From positions 9,114,001-9,178,000 of the forward strand of contig OZ024764.1 in assembly GCA_964016885.1 (NCBI GenBank): a stretch of DNA of 64,000 nucleotides, given 5' to 3'. Below the pieces are notes generated by a model, which worked only from the letters and a program-made list of their open reading frames with translations, did no database searches and was not told the origin of the DNA. Each line of letters begins with the position of its first letter. The stretch's first letter is position 1. This document shows, one piece after another, positions 1 to 64,000 of the stretch. The stretch comes from Eledone cirrhosa (lineage: Eukaryota). Made by a program: the position numbers and the translations under genes.

Positions 1-60
1 ATATATATATATATACAGTATATAGAGGTATATATATAACATGTAATAATATATATATAA

Positions 61-112
<52 letters not shown>

Positions 113-224
113 CATGTCTATATATATATAGACATGTGTATATATATATATATATATATAATGTGTGTATATATATATATATATATACAGTATATAGAGG
201 TATATATATAACATGTAATAATTG

Positions 225-410
225 CTTCTACATTTGGCACAAGGCCAGCAATCACCCAGTGTATTACTGGTACTTTATTTTATCGACCCCGTAAGGATGA
301 AAGGCAAAGTTAACCTCGGCGGGATTTGAACTCAGAATGGCAAGGGCCGTAACTCTATGCGTCAAAGCATGGCGTCCGACCCTCTACCGATACTGCCAAT
401 CCAGCTCCCT
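225..410 (-). mobile_element. tRNA-derived SINE, family A (core resembles the Meta-SINE domain)
   Basis: Minus strand reads A-box-like TGGCAGTATCGG, B-box GAGTTCAAATCCC, then CTTTGCCTTTCATCCTTACGGGGTCGATAAAATAAAGTACCAG; multiple dispersed copies in the window. Confidence 0.8.
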
Positions 411-1349
411 AACATGGCGTCCGACCCTCTACCAATACTGCCAATCCAGCGCCCTAACATGGCGTCCGACCCTCTACCGATACTGCCAATCCAGCGCCCT
501 AACATGGCGTCCGACCCTCTACCAATACTGCCAATCCAGCGCCCTAACATGGCGTCCGACCCTCTACCGATACTGCCAATCCAGCTCCCTAACATGGCGT
601 CCGACCCTCTACCAATACTGCCAATCCAGCGCCCTAACATGGCGTCCGACCCTCTACCAATACTGCCAATCCAGCGCCCTAACATGGCGTCCGACCCTCT
701 ACCGATACTGCCAATCCAGCTCCCTAACATGGCGTCCGACCCTCTACCAATACTGCCAATCCAGCGCCCTAACATGGCGTCCGACCCTCTACCAATACTG
801 CCAATCCAGCGCCCTAGCATGGCGTCCGACCCTCTACCAATACTGCCAATCCAGCGCCCTAACATGGCGTCCGACCCTCTACCAATACTGCCAATCCAGC
901 TCCCTAACATGGCGTCCGACCCTCTACCAATACTGCCAATCCAGCGCCCTAACATGGCGTCCGACCCTCTACCGATACTGCCAATCCAGCGCCCTAACAT
1001 GGCGTCCGACCCTCTACCGATACTGCCAATCCAGCTCCCTAACATGGCGTCCGACCCTCTACCGATACTGCCAATCCAGCTCCCTAACATGGCGTCCTAC
1101 CCTCTACCAATACTGCCAATCCAGCTCCCTAACATGGCGTCCGACCCTCTACCGATACTGCCAATCCAGCTCCCTAACATGGCGTCCGACCCTCTACCGA
1201 TACTGCCAATCCAGCGCCCTAACATGGCGTCCGACCCTCTACCGATACTGCCAATCCAGCGCCCTAACATGGCGTCCGACCCTCTACCAATACTGCCAAT
1301 CCACCACCCTAACATGGCGTCCGACCCTCTACCGATACTGACAATCCAC
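368..1349. repeat. 45-bp minisatellite, about 22 copies, derived from the SINE-A head
   Basis: Unit catggcgtccgaccctctaccRatactgccaatccagcKccctaa; same sequence occurs once in SINE copies at ~5582 and ~40298. Confidence 0.95.
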
Positions 1350-1875
1350 AATGAATTTAAATACTGTAAAGCTAATGACAATAAATTGTTAAAGAAATAA
1401 AGTACTTTTTCAATTCTGCCAAAGCAGAATGGTATCCCATACCGTAGGTAGGGTTTTGGCTTGTTTTTATGCTGCAAAAGAAGGAACCCAGGGCCCAAAA
1501 GAGCCCACAAATATGAACTGACCCCAGAAGAAAACGACAAAACAACCAATTCCTTTTTGTTTGTTGGACTCTTTGTATCTGCGGAGCTTTGCAAGATGGG
1601 GACTTATTGTATTTCTAGAGCAGTGTCAATATATCCTTCTATTTCTCTCGGGTCTTGAATAATTGTCCCTACCCCTCACTTATTAATTTTTCAAAATTTT
1701 TCAAACCCCTCTACCTGCTCTTACTCCATATGTTTATATATATGTATATATATATATACATATATACATACATATATATTTATATGTATGTATGTATATC
1801 ATCATCATCATTTTATGTCCACTTTTCCCTGCTTGCAAGGGTTGGTTGGATATGTATCTATATGTATGTATATAT

Positions 1876-1916
<41 letters not shown>

Positions 1917-2016
1917 TATGTATATATATATGTATATATATATATATGTATATATATATGTATATATATATATATGTATATATATATGTATATATATATA
2001 TATGTATATATATATG

Positions 2017-2047
<31 letters not shown>

Positions 2048-2068
2048 GTATGTATATATATGTATATG

Positions 2069-2099
<31 letters not shown>

Positions 2100-2132
2100 G
2101 TATATATATGTATATGTATATATATGTATATG

Positions 2133-2170
<38 letters not shown>

Positions 2171-2610
2171 TATGTATATGTATATATGTGTATGTATATA
2201 TATGTATGTATGTGTATATATATATGTGTATGCATGTATATGTATATATATATGTATACTATATATATATATATATATATTAATTCAAAATATTAACAAA
2301 ATAGATATTCTTGTGATCAATTATATTTTATTATACATATTTCAGAGGTACTGAGTTAAGTTTAACAGTACGTCCTCATCAGATAAAATAAGATGATGCA
2401 TGACATACCCTGACATAGTAAATGGTTAAGATTCAGTCAACCTCACTGTTGAGTGCTTCCAATCTATTGTAAAACTCATTCTTTGATGTATTCATTGAAC
2501 CTTGTTTAACTTTTAAATATATATATATATATGCATGTGTGTATATATATATATATACATGTATGTCTATATTGTATATTATTCTACTCTCTTCTCTCTC
2601 TCTCTTACAG

Positions 2611-58060
<55,450 letters not shown>

Positions 58061-58528
58061 CAGCAGCAGCCTGTCTAATTCTGTTGTCCTGTCGTTATTC
58101 CATTTAATACCCCCCCCCTCTCCCATACAGTGCCATACCTACCCTGCTCTCTTATATGGATATATATATATATATATATACATATATATGTATATATATA
58201 TATATGTATATATATATATGTATGTGTATGTATGTATGTATGTATGTATATATATGAATGTATCTGTGTGTACACATTATATGTATGCCTGTGTATATAT
58301 ATATAGGTATGTATGTATATATATATGTATGTATGTATTTGGGTGTACACACACATATATATATATATATATGTGTGTATGTCTGTGTACACAATATATG
58401 TATGCACGTATGTATGTATATATATATATATGTGTGTACACATATGTATGGTTTTATATATATACATATATATATAAGTATGTATATATATATATATGAG
58501 TGTATACACATTTACATATATACACACC

Positions 58529-58559
<31 letters not shown>

Positions 58560-58623
58560 TTATAAACATATTCTTACTGAATCCATCTTGATGTGTGTAT
58601 ATATATATACACACATATATAGA

Positions 58624-58683
<60 letters not shown>

Positions 58684-58902
58684 TATATAGTTATATATTC
58701 ACACACATATATATAAAAAAATCTGTCATATATTTCATACCTTACACTTCTCACCTGTAATACACCCTCCCCCCCATCCACTCTCCCTTCACATACCTTT
58801 CTCCTTACCTGTAAAATCATATCTACACCTTTTCATGCTGTGATGTCATCCCTATTTCCCAAATTTCTCTTTAGTTGTCTCCCCTTCGAATCTGTGTGAG
58901 TC

Positions 58903-58937
<35 letters not shown>

Positions 58938-58944
58938 ATGTGTA

Positions 58945-58986
<42 letters not shown>

Positions 58987-59029
58987 CACACACATATCTA
59001 TGTATGTACATGTATACATATATATATGT

Positions 59030-59060
<31 letters not shown>

Positions 59061-59116
59061 TATGTATGTATATGTATATATGTATATATATATGTATATA
59101 TATACATACATATGTG

Positions 59117-59149
<33 letters not shown>

Positions 59150-59298
59150 GCGTATATATATATATATGTATGTATATATATATGTGTGTATATATATATG
59201 TATGTATATATATATGTGTGTATATATATATGTGTGTATATATATATGTGTGTATATATATATGTATGTATATATATATGTGTATGTATATATATATG

Positions 59299-59329
<31 letters not shown>

Positions 59330-59360
59330 GTATATATGTGTATGTATGTATATATGTATG

Positions 59361-59410
<50 letters not shown>

Positions 59411-59441
59411 TATATACATATGTCTTATGTATATGTATATA

Positions 59442-59495
<54 letters not shown>

Positions 59496-59851
59496 TGTGT
59501 TTTGTATATATACACACACACACACACTCACTCCCACATTCCACCATCTTAGTCTTTCATTATATGCAATTGTTTCATCTTTTGTTGTATATTTTATTAT
59601 CTTTGCTTCTGTTGATATATTTTATTGTTTTGTAACTGAAAAATATGTACAACCATGTGTATACACGTTTCTATATACATACATGTACCTGCTGTTATAT
59701 ACACATGTTATTTATGTACATACACAACCTACTGCTATATACATATATTTATATATATACATATATATATATGTGTGTGTGTGTATATATATATATACTA
59801 ATGCTTATACATTTTCACATATTATCTCTACTAATATGCATTCAAACATAC

Positions 59852-59905
<54 letters not shown>

Positions 59906-60000
59906 TCCTACAATACATATCTGTATTGCAAACCAATGTTTTTTGTTTTTCCTAAATCCTGTATATTTACATATATATTACATATATATATATATATACA

Positions 60001-60051
<51 letters not shown>

Positions 60052-60226
60052 ATTTGCATATATATAAATTTATATATATCTACACATATATATACACACA
60101 TACATACATAAATACACACACATATATATATACACACATACATACATAAATACACACACACACATATATATACACACACACTGAGATACTCATTTTTTTC
60201 TTGCACTGAACAAACTAATTAATATA

Positions 60227-60288
<62 letters not shown>

Positions 60289-60544
60289 TATATCAGAATA
60301 TATATTAGCAATGAACAAAATAGTGGCGGTGAAGGTGAGGTGGTGGTGTTTTGGTGTATATAATAATGGCCTGTAACTTAATCTGTTTTGTAATGTATGT
60401 ATAATGTCATCATATATATATATATATATATGTGTAATATATATATACACACACTACACTCTATATAATGACCCACCTTTCATTCCTCATTGCTTCACAC
60501 CACAGACTTGCTGCCACCATCACTACTTCAATCTGTCTTATGTA

Positions 60545-60604
<60 letters not shown>

Positions 60605-60668
60605 AACACACATGGTGTCACATAACTATTTGAACAAACACATCCATGTATATAGTCTTGTTATATAA

Positions 60669-60713
<45 letters not shown>

Positions 60714-60721
60714 AGTGTGTG

Positions 60722-60757
<36 letters not shown>

Positions 60758-60867
60758 AACCCACATGGTGTCACATAACTATTTGAACAAACACATCCAT
60801 GTATATAGTCTTGTTATATAAATGTATATATATATATACGTATATATATATATATATGTATATATAA

Positions 60868-60950
<83 letters not shown>

Positions 60951-61060
60951 AACCCACATGGTGTCACATAACTATTTGAACAAACACATCCATGTATATA
61001 GTCTTGTTATATAAATGTATATATATATATACGTATATATATATATATATGTATATATAA

Positions 61061-61129
<69 letters not shown>

Positions 61130-61198
61130 AACCCACATGGTGTCACATAACTATTTGAACAAACACATCCATGTATATAGTCTTGTTATATAAATGTA

Positions 61199-61230
<32 letters not shown>
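60605..61230. repeat. 4 tandem units: constant ~65-bp block plus variable (TA)n/(CA)n
   Basis: cacatggtgtcacataactatttgaacaaacacatcc at ~60609, 60762, 60954, 61133. Confidence 0.88.
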
Positions 61231-61234
<4 letters not shown>

Positions 61235-61236
<2 letters not shown>

Positions 61237-61422
61237 ATACAAATGTCTTCTACAGGACTAGAACTGTTTCATTTGAAGGTAAATTATCAGGGCTTTCCTG
61301 ATGATTTCCCTCAAATGAAACAGTTCTAGTCCTGTAGAAGACATTTCTATATTAAACATTTGTACTCTGCTTTATATTGAGTACCTAACTTACTGTGGTT
61401 ACCCCCGGGTGAACCCGGGATA
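61235..61422 (+). mobile_element. Penelope-like tail with fold-back; sister copy inverted at 20430..20590
   Basis: cctgatgatttccctcaaatgaaacagttctagtcctgtagaag preceded by its own reverse complement. Confidence 0.55.
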
Positions 61423-61594
61423 AACATATATATATATATATACATATATACATATATATATATATATAGATATATATAGATATCGATATATATATATATA
61501 TATACACCTATATCTCCACATATATCTTTTTTTTTTACTGAGACACATACACACACACAAACACAAACACACACACATATATACATATATATAT

Positions 61595-61651
<57 letters not shown>

Positions 61652-61680
61652 TATATATACACATATATATATATACATAC

Positions 61681-61833
<153 letters not shown>

Positions 61834-61894
61834 TATATACACATATACACATATATATATATATACACATATATACACACACATATATATACAC

Positions 61895-61927
<33 letters not shown>

Positions 61928-61992
61928 TACATATATATATATATATATATACACATATATACACATATATATATATATACACATATATACAC

Positions 61993-62023
<31 letters not shown>

Positions 62024-62248
62024 TACACATATATATATATATACACATATATACATATATATATATATACACATATATCTCCACATATATATTTTCCAAA
62101 CTACTTAGTTCTGAGATTGAAACCCGGTCCAATACACACAGTTTACTCTACTACTGTTGTTGTTGTTGTTGTTGTTGTTGGTCTTGTTTATTTTTTATTT
62201 TTTTGCTGCTTAAATTCCTTGTATGTGTTGCTGTAGTGTGCGTGTGTT

Positions 62249-62287
<39 letters not shown>

Positions 62288-62316
62288 GTTAAGATATATA
62301 AATTTGTCTATGTATG

Positions 62317-62364
<48 letters not shown>

Positions 62365-62388
62365 ATACACATATACATGTTTACAAGT

Positions 62389-62444
<56 letters not shown>

Positions 62445-62514
62445 CACACACATATACATGTTTACAACTTATGTGCGTATATATTCATACATATATATTC
62501 ACACACACACATTA

Positions 62515-62566
<52 letters not shown>

Positions 62567-62778
62567 TTAAGACACACACATGTTAAAATGTATAAGTACA
62601 TATATTTGTGTGTTTCTTTATATATATATATATATATACATACACAAATATATGTACTTATATATATAATTTATATATATATATATATATACATATACAT
62701 AATACACATATACATGTTTACAAGTTATGTGCGTATATATTCATATATATACACACACACGCATTAAGATATGTGTGT

Positions 62779-62812
<34 letters not shown>

Positions 62813-62886
62813 CATACATACACATATACATGTTTACAACTTATGTGCGTATATATTCATATATATATATTCACACACACACATTA

Positions 62887-62935
<49 letters not shown>

Positions 62936-62956
62936 CACACACACACACACATTAAG

Positions 62957-62997
<41 letters not shown>

Positions 62998-63334
62998 CAC
63001 ACACATACATCTGCTATCTGCTTCTATTTATTAATTTTCATTTTTGTCTGTATTTTCTTTGTTTTGTGTTATTAATGTATTTGTTTTCAGTTTCTTTCTT
63101 TATTACATCATGCTGTCCCCTGATTTCAAATCCTACCAAGGTTGGGGAACCTTAACTGTGGCCCCTCCCTGTCCTCCCAGTGTTTGGATTTGTAAAACAG
63201 ACGGTAAACAGACCCAAAAGAAATGGAAAAATAATTCCCCCAAAATTTTTGTTTTTCAATTTTCAATATAAGATAAGAAAACAAGTTAGTGAACTTGAAT
63301 GGAGAACATAAGGTTGTGTATTCAACGCTTCTTC

Positions 63335-64000
63335 TGACCGGATCTGACCTGATCTGATGTGGTTTGACTGGATCTGACCAGATCTGATGTGGTTTGACTG
63401 GATCTGACCTGATCTGATGTGGTTTGACTGGATCTGACCTGATCTGATGTGGTTTGACCAGATCTGATGTGGTTTGACTGGATCTGACTTGATCTGATGT
63501 GGTTTGACTGGATCTGACCGGATCTGATGTGGTTTGACTGGATCTGACCTGATCTGATGTGGTTTGACCAGATCTGATGTGGTTTGACTGGATCTGACCT
63601 GATCTGATGTGGTTTGACTGGATCTGACCGGATCTGACCTGATATGATGTGGTTTGACTGGATCTGACCTGATCTGATGTGGTTTGACTGGATCTGACCT
63701 GATCTGATGTGGTTTGACTGGATCTGACCTGATCTGATGTGGTTTGACTGGATCTGACCAGATCTGATGTGGTTTGACTGGATCTGACCTGATCTGACCA
63801 GATCTGACATGACATGATCTGGTCTGACTGGATCTGGCATGATCTGATCTGGTCTGACTGAGCCTGACCAGATCTGACTGGATCTGATCTGACCTGACTG
63901 GGTCAGACCAGATCTGACTGGATCTGACCAGATCTCATCTGGTTCTGACCTGGTCTGACCAGATCTGACATGATCTGATCTGGTCTGACTGGATCTGGCA
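63335..64000. repeat. 30-bp satellite built from 5/10-mers
   Basis: gatctgacctgatctgatgtggtttgactg; runs off the end of the window. Confidence 0.92.

Noticed and set aside
337-1400. 334-347 aa repetitive ORFs
   Set aside because: The 45-bp unit is a multiple of 3 and SINE-derived; open in several frames by chance

Overview
AT-rich, microsatellite-dense animal genomic DNA. The SINE/RTE/(TA)n repertoire suggests an octopus-like cephalopod (inference). The window holds the last 15 coding exons (+ strand, 2611..58060, about 1030 codons, 5' part outside the window) of an SGSM1/2 (RUTBC-type) Rab-GAP gene. All introns are GT-AG, exon phases are consistent, and the TBC catalytic motifs IDKDVQR and YVQGMCDL are intact. 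The introns are filled with RTE-clade LINE fragments carrying a PHD-like finger, two tRNA-derived SINE families, an L1/Tx1 fragment, non-autonomous Helitrons, a TTAA-flanked piggyBac-type MITE, a maT/DD37D mariner fragment and many minisatellites that visibly derive from these elements. Most notable observations: several minimal hammerhead-ribozyme motifs in Penelope-like fold-back remnants; two candidate frame-preserving microexons; a ~10 kb CpG-rich higher-order array of constant blocks with variable microsatellite spacers; and inverted LINE pairs that bracket frame-closed exon blocks (circRNA candidates). Almost all long ORFs in the six-frame track are repeat artefacts. Family assignments come from recalled motifs, not database searches.
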